Shown here: positions 26,270-35,101 of the stretch, in pieces
Layout: each line of letters opens with the position of its first letter
Position numbering within the stretch: the first letter of the stretch is position 1
Source: Actinomycetota bacterium
Lineage (GTDB): Bacteria > Actinomycetota > Acidimicrobiia > IMCC26256 > PALSA-610
NCBI GenBank assembly: GCA_034408875.1
Contig: JAWXCJ010000386.1
Coordinates: forward strand, 1 to 40,579
Direction: 5' to 3'
Length of the DNA: 40,579 nucleotides
Notes under the pieces: generated by a model
Seen by the model: the letters and a program-made list of their open reading frames with translations, nothing else
Told to the model about the DNA's origin: nothing
The model's database searches: none
Translations under genes and position numbers: made by a program

Positions 26270-27835
26270 GTGGCTTGGAACATCGCGGATCTCATCGAAC
26301 ACGCCGTCGACGCCGTCCCCGACCGGGTGGCGCTGATCGTCGGTGACCGCGAGGAGACGTACGCCCTGCTCGACGAGCGGGCCAACCGCCTCGCCCACCA
26401 TTTCACCGCGAACGGGGTGAAGCCGGGCGACCACGTCGGCATCTACGGGCTCAACAGTCACGAGTTCGTCGAGACGATCCTCGCCGCGTACAAGATGCGC
26501 GCGGTCCCGATCAACGTGAACTACCGCTATGTCGAAGCCGAACTGCGGTACCTGTTCGACAACGCCGACCTCGTCGCGATCGTCCACGACGCCGAGTACT
26601 CCGACCGCATCGCCGCGGTGCGCGACTCGCTGCCGATGTTGGCGCATCAGCTCGAGATCGGCCCCGACTACGAGGCTGCGATCGCCGCGCAATCACCCGA
26701 GCGCGACTTCCCCGAGCGCAGCGACGACGACATCTACATCCTCTACACCGGCGGCACGACCGGCATGCCCAAGGGTGTGGTCTGGCGCCAGGAGGACGTG
26801 CTGCGCGTGCTCGGCGGCGGCATCGACTTCAACACCGGCGAGTACATCGAGGACGAGTACCGGTTCTCGAAGGCGGCCAAGGAGTCGGCCGAGGGCAAGA
26901 CGATCATCATCGCCCCGCTCATGCACGGTGCCGCGCAATGGGGAACGATCGGTGGCCTCTCGAACGGTCGCAGCATCGTGCTGATGCCGAAATTCGACGC
27001 CGACGAAGTGTGGAAGGCCGTCGAGAAGCATCACATCACGAGCCTCAACGTCACCGGCGACGCGATGGCGCGCCCGCTCATCGAAGCGCTCGACGACGCC
27101 GACTACGACGTGTCGTCGCTCGCGCTCGTGGCGAGCACCGCGGCGGTGTTCTCGGGTGTGGTGAAGGAGCGCTACCTCGACAAGTTCCCGAACCTGGTAA
27201 TCGCCGAAGCCGTCGGCTCGACCGAGACGGGATACAACGGCGCCACGATGATCGTGAAGGGCCAGGTGCTGAAGCCGGGCCTGCCGACCGTGCGCATGGG
27301 CCCGGACACGGTCGTGTTCGACGACGACTACAAGGTGATCCCGCCCGGCTCCGACACGATCGGGAAGATGGCGCGGGGCGGAAACGTCCCGTTGCGTTAC
27401 CACAAGGACCCCGAGAAGTCGGCCGCGACGTTCGTGACGATCGACGATAAACGGTGGGCGATCTCGGGCGACTTCGCAACCGTCGACGAAGACGGGCAGT
27501 TGAACCTCCTCGGCCGCGGCTCGGTGTGCATCAACTCCGGCGGCGAGAAGATTTTCCCCGAAGAGGTCGAGGCCGCGTTGAAGGCACACCCGGCCGTGTT
27601 CGACGCGGTCGTGGTCGGTGTCCCCGACGACCGCTGGGGTGAACGCGTCGCCGCGGTGTTGCAGATTCGTGACGGCGATACCGTGACGATCGAGATCATC
27701 GCCGCGCATTGCCGGGAGCACATCGCCGGCTACAAGGTGCCGCGCGAGATCCATGTCGTCGGTGCCATCGAACGGTCACCCAGCGGGAAGCCCGACTACC
27801 CCTGGGCTAAGAACATCGCTACCGGAGGTAACTGA
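26270..27835 (+). CDS. fadD19: Acyl-CoA synthetase, FadD19-like (steroid-CoA ligase)
   Basis: WNIADLIEHAVDAVPDRVAL, INVNYRYVEAELRYLFDNAD, YTGGTTGMPKGVVWR, LLGRGSVCINSGGEKIFPEEVE, RSPSGKPDY. Confidence 0.82.
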   Translation: MAWNIADLIEHAVDAVPDRVALIVGDREETYALLDERANRLAHHFTANGVKPGDHVGIYGLNSHEFVETILAAYKMRAVPINVNYRYVEAELRYLFDNADLVAIVHDAEYSDRIAAVRDSLPMLAHQLEIGPDYEAAIAAQSPERDFPERSDDDIYILYTGGTTGMPKGVVWRQEDVLRVLGGGIDFNTGEYIEDEYRFSKAAKESAEGKTIIIAPLMHGAAQWGTIGGLSNGRSIVLMPKFDADEVWKAVEKHHITSLNVTGDAMARPLIEALDDADYDVSSLALVASTAAVFSGVVKERYLDKFPNLVIAEAVGSTETGYNGATMIVKGQVLKPGLPTVRMGPDTVVFDDDYKVIPPGSDTIGKMARGGNVPLRYHKDPEKSAATFVTIDDKRWAISGDFATVDEDGQLNLLGRGSVCINSGGEKIFPEEVEAALKAHPAVFDAVVVGVPDDRWGERVAAVLQIRDGDTVTIEIIAAHCREHIAGYKVPREIHVVGAIERSPSGKPDYPWAKNIATGGN

Positions 27836-27838
27836 ACC

Positions 27839-28981
27839 GTGCACAACGAGCTCTGCGAGAAGCTGGGCATCGAGTTCCCGATCTTCGCGTTCAGTCACTG
27901 CCGCGACGTCGTCGCCGCGGTGACGAACGCAGGCGGCATGGGCGTGCTGGGCGCGCTCGCGTTTACACCCGAGCAGCTCGAACTCGAGATCACGTGGATC
28001 GAAGACCAGGTGAAAGGCCGGCCCTACGGCGTCGACGTCGTCATTCCCGCGTCGCACGTGGGCAGCGGCATCGAAGAGGTCGGCGACCTCATGCCCAAGC
28101 TCCAGGACATGGTGCCGCAACAGACGCTCGAATGGATCGACGAGGTGCTCGACGAACTCGGCGTGGCGCCGTTGCCGGAAGGCGCGTCGACCGACGACGA
28201 TGCGGGCAGCGGCGGGATGATGGGCGGCGGCCTGCTCGGGTGGACGACGGCGACGTCGGCACCCCAAGTGGAAGTCGCGCTCCGCCACGACATCTCGTTG
28301 CTCGTCAACGCGCTCGGCCCGCCGCCGAAGGAAGTGGTCGACGCTGCGCACGACCACGGCGTGATGGTTGCTGCGCTCGTCGGGCGCGCCGACCAGGCCG
28401 AGAAGCAGGTCGCGCAGGGTGTCGACATCGTGGTTGCCCAGGGAACCGAAGCGGGCGGCCACACCGGTGAGATCGCGACGATGGTGCTCGTGCCCGAAGT
28501 GGTCGAGCGGGTGTCGCCCACGCCGGTGCTCGCCGCGGGCGGTATCGGTTCGGGCAAGCAGATGGCCGCGGCCATGGCGCTCGGCGCGTCGGGCGTGTGG
28601 ACGGGTTCGATCTGGCTCGGCGTGGCCGAGAGCAACACCGGCCCCGAAAGCATGCAGCGCCTGTTCGAGGCCTCGGCGCGCGACGCGGTGCGCTCGCGGT
28701 CGCTCACCGGCAAGCCCGCGCGCATGCTGCGCAACGAGTGGACCATGGCATGGGAGCGCGACGACTGCCCGGGCACGCTGCCGATGCCGTTGCAGTTCAT
28801 GGCCACGCAGAAGGCACGCGCCCGCATGGCGCGGTCGCGCCCTGAGCTGTTCGCGATGCCTGTCGGTCAGATCGTCGGGAGCATGAAGCAGGTGCGCACC
28901 ACGAAGCAGGTCGTGCTCGACATGGTGCAGGAGTACATCGAAACCGTCGAGAAGATGTCTGGCGGCCTCGCCGGCGAATGA
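27839..28981 (+). CDS. Nitronate monooxygenase / FabK-like flavin oxidoreductase
   Basis: PIFAFSHCRDVVAAV, VAQGTEAGGHTG, PVLAAGGIG, TGKPARML, GTLPMPLQ. Confidence 0.88.
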   Translation: MHNELCEKLGIEFPIFAFSHCRDVVAAVTNAGGMGVLGALAFTPEQLELEITWIEDQVKGRPYGVDVVIPASHVGSGIEEVGDLMPKLQDMVPQQTLEWIDEVLDELGVAPLPEGASTDDDAGSGGMMGGGLLGWTTATSAPQVEVALRHDISLLVNALGPPPKEVVDAAHDHGVMVAALVGRADQAEKQVAQGVDIVVAQGTEAGGHTGEIATMVLVPEVVERVSPTPVLAAGGIGSGKQMAAAMALGASGVWTGSIWLGVAESNTGPESMQRLFEASARDAVRSRSLTGKPARMLRNEWTMAWERDDCPGTLPMPLQFMATQKARARMARSRPELFAMPVGQIVGSMKQVRTTKQVVLDMVQEYIETVEKMSGGLAGE

Positions 28982-29057
28982 ACTCCAGGCGCAGATCCGG
29001 AAGTGCGGTCGATGCTCGAAGTCGCGCGGGCGATCGAGCACCGGAGGTCGTAGCCGC

Positions 29058-30128
29058 ATGAAGAAGGCGGCGGTTGTCGGTACAGGTTTCGGCTGCCTCA
29101 CGCACGTGCGCGCCCTGCGCCGGGCCGGGTTCGAGGTGCCGGTGCTCGTGGGGCGTGACTCGGTGCGCACCCGCGCCCGCGCCGTGCGGTTCGAGGTCGA
29201 CCACGCGTGCACGTCGTTGGCGGAGGCGCTCACGCACGACGTCGACGTGGTGACGATCGCGACACCGCCCGACACGCACACGGCCATCGCCCTCGAAGCG
29301 ATTGCGGCGGGCAAGCACGTCGTGTGCGAGAAGCCGTTCGCCCTCGACCGGGCGCAGGCCCGCCGCATGCGCGACGCCGCCGCGCGCGCCGGTGTCGTCG
29401 CGCTGCTCGGATGCGAGTTCCGCTTCGCACCGGATCAGGCATTGTTGGCGCGAGTGGTGCGCGATGGCGCGATCGGTGACCCGAAGCTCGCGACGTTCAT
29501 GCTGCACATCCCGCTGCTCGGGAGCCCGGCCGCCGAGGTGCCCGAGTGGTGGTCCGATCGCGAACGCGGTGGTGGCTGGCTCGGTGCGCACGGCTCGCAC
29601 GTCGTCGATCAGATACGCGTCACGCTCGGCGAGTTCTCTTCTGTGAGCGCGACGCTTCCGTCGGTTTCGGAGCACGACTGGACCGCCGAAGACGCGTATC
29701 TCGTGCAGTTCCGTATGCGCTCGGGTGCGGTCGGCGTCATGCAAGCCGTAGCGAGCGACTGGGGCCCGATGTTGTTCGTCACGCGCGTCGCCGGGTCGAA
29801 GGGTTCCGCGTGGACCGACGCGGGCAAGGTGTTCGTCGCCGACGCGAGCGGCGCCCGCGAGATCCCGATTCCCGACGACCTCGTCGTCGACCCGCCCGAT
29901 CCGCCGCCGAGCGACGTGCTCACCTCGGCCTACGACCTGCTCCACGCCACGGGCATCGACATGGGCCCTTATACGCGGCTATTCGAACGCCTTGCCGCGC
30001 TCATCGACCGGGTGGCGATCCCGCCCGATCCCGCACCTGCGACGTTCACTGACGGCGTCGCCAACATGACGGTGCTCGACGCCATTCGCCGCTCGGCCAA
30101 CCTCCGCGAGTGGGTCGACATCCCCTGA
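29058..30128 (+). CDS. Gfo/Idh/MocA family oxidoreductase
   Basis: VVGTGFG, IATPPDTH, GKHVVCEKP, GGGWLGAHGSH; GGAGG RBS. Confidence 0.9.
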   Translation: MKKAAVVGTGFGCLTHVRALRRAGFEVPVLVGRDSVRTRARAVRFEVDHACTSLAEALTHDVDVVTIATPPDTHTAIALEAIAAGKHVVCEKPFALDRAQARRMRDAAARAGVVALLGCEFRFAPDQALLARVVRDGAIGDPKLATFMLHIPLLGSPAAEVPEWWSDRERGGGWLGAHGSHVVDQIRVTLGEFSSVSATLPSVSEHDWTAEDAYLVQFRMRSGAVGVMQAVASDWGPMLFVTRVAGSKGSAWTDAGKVFVADASGAREIPIPDDLVVDPPDPPPSDVLTSAYDLLHATGIDMGPYTRLFERLAALIDRVAIPPDPAPATFTDGVANMTVLDAIRRSANLREWVDIP

Positions 30129-30149
30129 TCCCCCGATCCCCTGATCCCC
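30120..30149. repeat. 8-bp tandem repeat (atcccctg) x3.7 spanning the stop codon
   Basis: atcccctg atcccccg atcccctg atcccc. Confidence 0.8.
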
Positions 30150-30152
30150 AGA

Positions 30153-30205
30153 CGAAATTACGCCAATCGGCGACCGAAACGGTCGCCATACGGCGCAATT
30201 TCGGG
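30153..30205. repeat. REP-like interrupted palindrome (family C, copy 2)
   Basis: 48/53 identity to 22932-22984, same orientation. Confidence 0.88.
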
Positions 30206-30209
30206 CTAG

Positions 30210-30236
30210 TGAACGATTTGGCCCGACCGGTCGTCT
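30210..30236 (+). promoter_or_regulatory. Putative ECF sigma promoter (TGAAC-N17-CGTCT)
   Basis: GAAC 30211-30214, CGTC 30232-30235, ATG at 30245 with no RBS; heads an ECF-containing operon. Confidence 0.65.
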
Positions 30237-30244
30237 GACCGGAT

Positions 30245-31522
30245 ATGCGACGCCTCTGCATCACGATCATGGCGCTGGCGGCCGGGCTGGCGGCCTGCGG
30301 TGACCCGGCCTCGACGCCAGTAGCGGGTGGCGACAACGCCGCGCCCCCCGTCGCCGAGACCCCCGAGGGCAACGAGTTGCTGTTCCTCGGCATGGGCCGC
30401 GGCGTGAAGGTGTTCGACACCGAGACCGAAGCCGTGATGCTCGACGCCGCGCCCGCGGTGCCCTCGCAGCAGGGCAACGTGGTGTTCCAGACGACCGCGC
30501 GCGCGGAAGGGACAGAGGTCGCCGCGTTCGACCCCGCGAACGGGCACGCGCTGTGGTCGACCGTGCTCGCCGAACCGGCCGAGCTGCGCATCGCGGCGCA
30601 GGACGGCAGTGCGGCCGTGCTCGGTGCGCCGCGCCCCGTCGACGGCACGATCCCCGGCCGCGTCACGACGCAGCTCACCATCGTACGCGGCGAAGACGAC
30701 ATGCAGCGCTACGACGTTCCCGGCAACGTCGAACCCGAGACGTTCTCGACCGACGCGAACAAGCTGTTCCTCATCGACTACTTACCGCCCGAGGCCCCGA
30801 CGAGCTACTCGTTGAAGTTGCTCGACCTGACGACTGGCGCAGTGGGCGAGGTATTCGACGCGCACGGCGGGCACCGCGAACCGATGCAAGGCACCGCGCG
30901 TAGGCACGTGTACTCGCCCGACGGTACGCGCCTTTACACCTACTACGAGATCCTGGGCGACCCCTACTACGAGCACCTCAAGGGCCCGTACCGCGCGTTC
31001 GTGCACGTGCTCGACCTCGAAAACGAATGGGCGCACTGCGTCGTGCTCGACGACCCGTTCGGAACGATCCCGGACACAGGCGCGACCCTGACCGTCGCAC
31101 CCGAAGGCGACTCGGTGTACGTCACCGACCCGGCGCTCGGTCTCCTGGCCGAGATCGACACCGAACTCCTACGCGTGGTGAACACCTCCGAGGTCGTCCC
31201 ACCCCAGCCCGTGTACGGCTCGGCCGCCGTCGCGACCGACGATACGGTCTTTGTCAGCTATGACAACCAGCTCCACGCTGTCGATCGCGAGTCACGAACG
31301 GCGACTCCGTTGTTCGCGGCGACGGCACCCGTGGGCGCGCTCTACGTGTCGCGGTCGGGCGAGAAGTTGTACGCGGCGTTGCCGGATCGGGTCGTGGTCT
31401 ACGACACCGCAACGTACGAACGCCTCGACGAGCTGCTCGTCGGGAAGGAACCCGTCGAGTACTTCGACCCGAGCGGGGTTCCGCTCGACGCAACCAGTGA
31501 TGTCATCAAGTGTGCGTGTTGA
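30245..31522 (+). CDS. Lipoprotein, predicted beta-propeller (YncE-like), C-terminal CAC
   Basis: Lipobox LAAC; blade-like repeats FSTDANKLFL, YSPDGTRLYT, VAPEGDSVYV, VSRSGEKLYA. Confidence 0.75.
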   Translation: MRRLCITIMALAAGLAACGDPASTPVAGGDNAAPPVAETPEGNELLFLGMGRGVKVFDTETEAVMLDAAPAVPSQQGNVVFQTTARAEGTEVAAFDPANGHALWSTVLAEPAELRIAAQDGSAAVLGAPRPVDGTIPGRVTTQLTIVRGEDDMQRYDVPGNVEPETFSTDANKLFLIDYLPPEAPTSYSLKLLDLTTGAVGEVFDAHGGHREPMQGTARRHVYSPDGTRLYTYYEILGDPYYEHLKGPYRAFVHVLDLENEWAHCVVLDDPFGTIPDTGATLTVAPEGDSVYVTDPALGLLAEIDTELLRVVNTSEVVPPQPVYGSAAVATDDTVFVSYDNQLHAVDRESRTATPLFAATAPVGALYVSRSGEKLYAALPDRVVVYDTATYERLDELLVGKEPVEYFDPSGVPLDATSDVIKCAC

Positions 31523-31555
31523 CCAGAGTCCGGGAAGGTGGGGGAGAATGCGACC

Positions 31556-32092
31556 GTGGAAGAGCCGGATCCCCGGCTGATCCGCGCCGCGGCCGCCGGC
31601 GACCACGACGCGTTCTCCGAACTCGTACGGGCGTGGCAGGTACCGGTGTTGCGGTACCTGGAACGGTTGCTGGGCGACCGGACCGTCGCGGAGGACGTCG
31701 CGCAGGAAGCGTTCCTGCGCTGCTACGTGCATCTCGGCCGGTACACGTTCACGGGCAAGTTCTCCACGTGGCTGATCAGCATCGCGCACAACGCCGCGAT
31801 CGACGCGGTGCGAAAGCGCGCACGCGGGGACCGGGCGACGGCGCGACTCCCACCACCGCGCCCGTCGTCCGACCCCGTGGCCCGGCTCGAGATTGCCGAG
31901 GCGCTGGCCGCACTACCGGTGAAGTTGCGGTCCGCGCTGCTCTTGGTGGAGGTCATCGGGTTGCGCTACCGCGAGGCGGCCGAAGTGCTCGGGGTGCCCG
32001 AGGGAACCGTGAAAAGCCGCGTGTCGCACGCACGCGAACGCGTCGTCGCCTGGTACGCGAGTGGAGAGGGTGAGTCGGATGCGCTGCGGTGA
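31556..32092 (+). CDS. ECF RNA polymerase sigma factor
   Basis: AEDVAQEAFLR, FSTWLISIAHNAAID, YREAAEVLGVPEGTVKSRV; alternative start 31538. Confidence 0.92.
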   Translation: MEEPDPRLIRAAAAGDHDAFSELVRAWQVPVLRYLERLLGDRTVAEDVAQEAFLRCYVHLGRYTFTGKFSTWLISIAHNAAIDAVRKRARGDRATARLPPPRPSSDPVARLEIAEALAALPVKLRSALLLVEVIGLRYREAAEVLGVPEGTVKSRVSHARERVVAWYASGEGESDALR

Positions 32093-33938
32093 CGCGCGTC
32101 CGGACCTGTCGGCGCTCCTCGACGACGAGCTCGCGCCCGAACGCGCCGACGCCGTGCGCGAGCACGTCGCATCGTGCGCGCCGTGCACGCGCTACGAACG
32201 CGACATCCACACGCTCCGCACCCGGCTCCGCATCGCACCGGTCGAGCATGTCGTCGACATCGAGCCGCTCGTGCGCGTCCGGCTCGACGAGCGCGCACCG
32301 GAACGCCGCCCCCGTACCGTCAGTCTCCTGTCGATCGCCGCGGCGTTCGTCGCCGCGTTCGTCGCCGGTGCCACCTTTGTGCAGATCACCGGAAACCCCG
32401 AGCCCGTCGGCGCCCGCGACCTCTCCGACGCCGTGCTCGTCGCGCAAGCGTCGATCGAGAGCCTCGAAGCGGACGTGACCGTCGTCGAACGCGGGTTCCA
32501 CCCCGACGTGCCGGAGCGCACATTTGTCGGCACGATCGCGTACCGGGCTCCCGAATCGCTCGCCCTGGAACTGCGCGACACCACGGCGTACCCGTCGGAC
32601 GAGTGGGTACGCGACGACGTCACTCTCGTGGTCGACGGCGACCGCTCGTGGGAGCGCGCGGTCGTGCGGTGCCCCCGCGAGGCCTTGCCCGGGTGCACAC
32701 CCCGAGCGCCGCGTACCCGGGCCCTGGTCGGACGGGACCCGTTCTCCGACACCGGGCCCGCGCCCCTCGACCTCGTCGTACCGGTCGGCAGCTTCGGGCG
32801 CAGCGGCGCGGTCGAAGACCTCGGGCAGGACCGCATCGACGGCCGCTCGGTCGTCGGCGTGCGCGTCACGGCCGCGCAGGTCGAGCCGCTCCTCGGCGGG
32901 TTACGGTCGCGCGGCAATGCGCGTGAGATCCACCCGACCGACGTCGTCGACCTGTGGCTCGACAACGAGGTGCTCGTTCCCGTAGCGCTCGACGTGCGCG
33001 CCGCGCCGACCACCGAGCGGTCGGAGTGGGCGGCGCGGCGCGGCTACGACGACGCCGACGGCGTGATCGTCGGGGTGCGGTGGACGAACATCCGCGTCGA
33101 TGCCGCCGTCACGGGCGACGCGTTCGCGAACATTCCGACGGATGCGATCACGCGTGACGCGGGCTTTGCCACCACCCCGGTGACGCTCGCCGCGCCCACC
33201 TGGCTCCCACCCGGCATGGAACCGGCGCGCGCCGGCGTCGTGCGCGGCGAGGGTGGACCCGAGGTGGAGCTGCGGGCGTGGTCCGACGGCCGGGCGTGGG
33301 TCAAGGTCGCGGCGACGACCCAGTGGCCGGGCGGGCGACTCTTCGGCGACCTCGGCCCGGTCGTGCGCGAGATCGCGGTCGGCGCCGGTGTCGGTTATCT
33401 CGACGAGCGGGGCGAGCGCGTCGCCGTCCACGGTTCGGACGGCGACGTCGTCGTCACCGGGAGCATTGCGACCGACGACCTCGTCCGTGTTGCGGCGTCG
33501 CTCGCGGTCGGAGGAGTTCCGGTCCCGCTCGACTGGTACGAAGCCGCAACCGTTTCCCTCGACGACGTGCAGGGCGGCGCGCTGCTCGTCGCGACCGACT
33601 CCGGCGAACCCGCGGTCCGCCGGACGGGTGACACAGTGACGCTCGCGTACGCGGGCCCCGGCGCGCGCGGGTTCCTTGTTGTCGAGGCGCCCGGCGCGCA
33701 GCTCGGTCCGCCGTTCGATCCCGACGCGCGCTCAATCGATGTGCGGGACACGACGGGGCGCTGGAGCCCGCGGCTCGGCACCCTCGAGTGGGTCGAGGAC
33801 AGCCGTGCGGACGCCGCGGAGCCACGGACGGCGCAGCGAGGGAGCCATGAGCGGGTCGTCGTGTCGATCACGAGCCGCACGCTCGGTCTCGGCGAACTCG
33901 TAGCGCTCGCCGAAACAATGACCGGCGCACGCCCATGA
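32079..33938 (+). CDS. Zinc-binding anti-sigma factor (ZAS) with TM helix and large extracytoplasmic domain
   Basis: MRC...LSALLDDEL...HVASCAPC (HxxxCxxC), TM LLSIAAAFVAAFVAGATFV, about 500-aa outer region. Confidence 0.82.
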   Translation: MRCGDARPDLSALLDDELAPERADAVREHVASCAPCTRYERDIHTLRTRLRIAPVEHVVDIEPLVRVRLDERAPERRPRTVSLLSIAAAFVAAFVAGATFVQITGNPEPVGARDLSDAVLVAQASIESLEADVTVVERGFHPDVPERTFVGTIAYRAPESLALELRDTTAYPSDEWVRDDVTLVVDGDRSWERAVVRCPREALPGCTPRAPRTRALVGRDPFSDTGPAPLDLVVPVGSFGRSGAVEDLGQDRIDGRSVVGVRVTAAQVEPLLGGLRSRGNAREIHPTDVVDLWLDNEVLVPVALDVRAAPTTERSEWAARRGYDDADGVIVGVRWTNIRVDAAVTGDAFANIPTDAITRDAGFATTPVTLAAPTWLPPGMEPARAGVVRGEGGPEVELRAWSDGRAWVKVAATTQWPGGRLFGDLGPVVREIAVGAGVGYLDERGERVAVHGSDGDVVVTGSIATDDLVRVAASLAVGGVPVPLDWYEAATVSLDDVQGGALLVATDSGEPAVRRTGDTVTLAYAGPGARGFLVVEAPGAQLGPPFDPDARSIDVRDTTGRWSPRLGTLEWVEDSRADAAEPRTAQRGSHERVVVSITSRTLGLGELVALAETMTGARP

Positions 33939-35080
33939 GGCGGGCGGCACTCATGATCGCGGTGGTTCTCGTGGGCACGGTGCTCGGCGCGTGCACGATG
34001 CTGGTCGTCGACGACACCGATGCGGGTGCCCCGTTCGTAGCCGAGGCAACGCCCGGCACGGCGTCAGCCGCAGTCAACTCGCCGCCCGTGCTGCTGGTGT
34101 GGACCCCCGACGGACTCGCTCCCGGCCTCGCGGCGGGAGTCGACGCGCTTCCGGCGGCGACGCGAGTCACCGAAGTGCGCGGGGACCTCGTCGAGATGAT
34201 CGATCCGGCGGCGCCCGCCGGATACGTGACTCCTCTCGACGCGTTGTCGATCGACCCCGTCGGCTACGCGTCGTTCCTGCCCAAGGGTGCGGCCGCGACG
34301 ATCGCGACCCTGAGCCCGGGCGAGGCCGTGATCGGTGAGACGTCGGCCCGGTTGCGCCGGATCGGAGCGGGCGGGTCGCTCGACCTCGCGGACGGGACGA
34401 CAGCGCGCATCGTGAGCGTGCTCGACGACGCGCTCGTCGGCGCCGCCGAACTCGTCGTCGCGCACGACACGCTGCCCGCGATCGTGACACCCCGCTTCCT
34501 CCTCGTCGCGTACGACGGGCCGCGAGAAGCGATCGAACGCGAGATCCGTGAACTCCTTCCTCCCGGTATCGCGGTGCGTTTCCGCGCGCCGGGCGAGACG
34601 CCCCTCATGCGCCACGGCGATGCCGTGCTCCCGCAGGCCACCGTCAAGGAGCAGTTCGGCGAGTTCTCGTATCGCCACGGCGCGGGTGGCGACGGGCGCG
34701 AACTCGAACTCGACCCGGCGTGGGAGCGCGACCACATCGTCGAGGCCGAGATGCCCATCCTCGGCACGGTCCGCTGCCACCGGGCGATCGTCGACGAACT
34801 GCGCGCCGCGCTCGTCGACCTCGAACAGCGCAACCTCGCCTACTTGGTGGCCGCCGACGGCTACCGCGGGTGCTTCGTGCCCCGCCTCGTTGCGGTCGAC
34901 GGGGGTGTGTCCCGCCACGCGTGGGGTGTCGCGCTCGACGTCAACTGGCCCAAGAACCGCGAAGGCGAACTGGGCACGCAGGACCCGCGCCTCGTCGACA
35001 CCATGACAGCCCACGGTTTCACGTGGGGCGGGCCGTGGCTCGTGCCCGACCCGGCGCATTTCGAGTGGGTCGCGATCTGA
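33935..35080 (+). CDS. Secreted/lipid-anchored M15 family metallopeptidase (D,D-carboxypeptidase / endolysin-like)
   Basis: SRHAWGVALDVN (SxHxxGxAxD), GFTWGGPW..PDPAHFE; N-terminal LGAC; ATGA overlap. Confidence 0.85.
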   Translation: MRRAALMIAVVLVGTVLGACTMLVVDDTDAGAPFVAEATPGTASAAVNSPPVLLVWTPDGLAPGLAAGVDALPAATRVTEVRGDLVEMIDPAAPAGYVTPLDALSIDPVGYASFLPKGAAATIATLSPGEAVIGETSARLRRIGAGGSLDLADGTTARIVSVLDDALVGAAELVVAHDTLPAIVTPRFLLVAYDGPREAIEREIRELLPPGIAVRFRAPGETPLMRHGDAVLPQATVKEQFGEFSYRHGAGGDGRELELDPAWERDHIVEAEMPILGTVRCHRAIVDELRAALVDLEQRNLAYLVAADGYRGCFVPRLVAVDGGVSRHAWGVALDVNWPKNREGELGTQDPRLVDTMTAHGFTWGGPWLVPDPAHFEWVAI

Positions 35081-35101
35081 GGTGTGGGTAGCGTCTCCGG
35101 C

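Noticed and set aside
14842-30205. Palindromes as a possible CRISPR array or integron attC sites
   Set aside because: Not regularly spaced, three different sequences, and no cas or integrase gene in the window
31508-31522. Terminal CAC as a eukaryote-type prenylation signal
   Set aside because: The protein is a bacterial lipoprotein and nothing suggests host delivery
33935-35080. M15 peptidase as a prophage endolysin or part of a van resistance cluster
   Set aside because: No phage genes and no vanA/vanH/vanRS; it is translationally coupled to the anti-sigma gene
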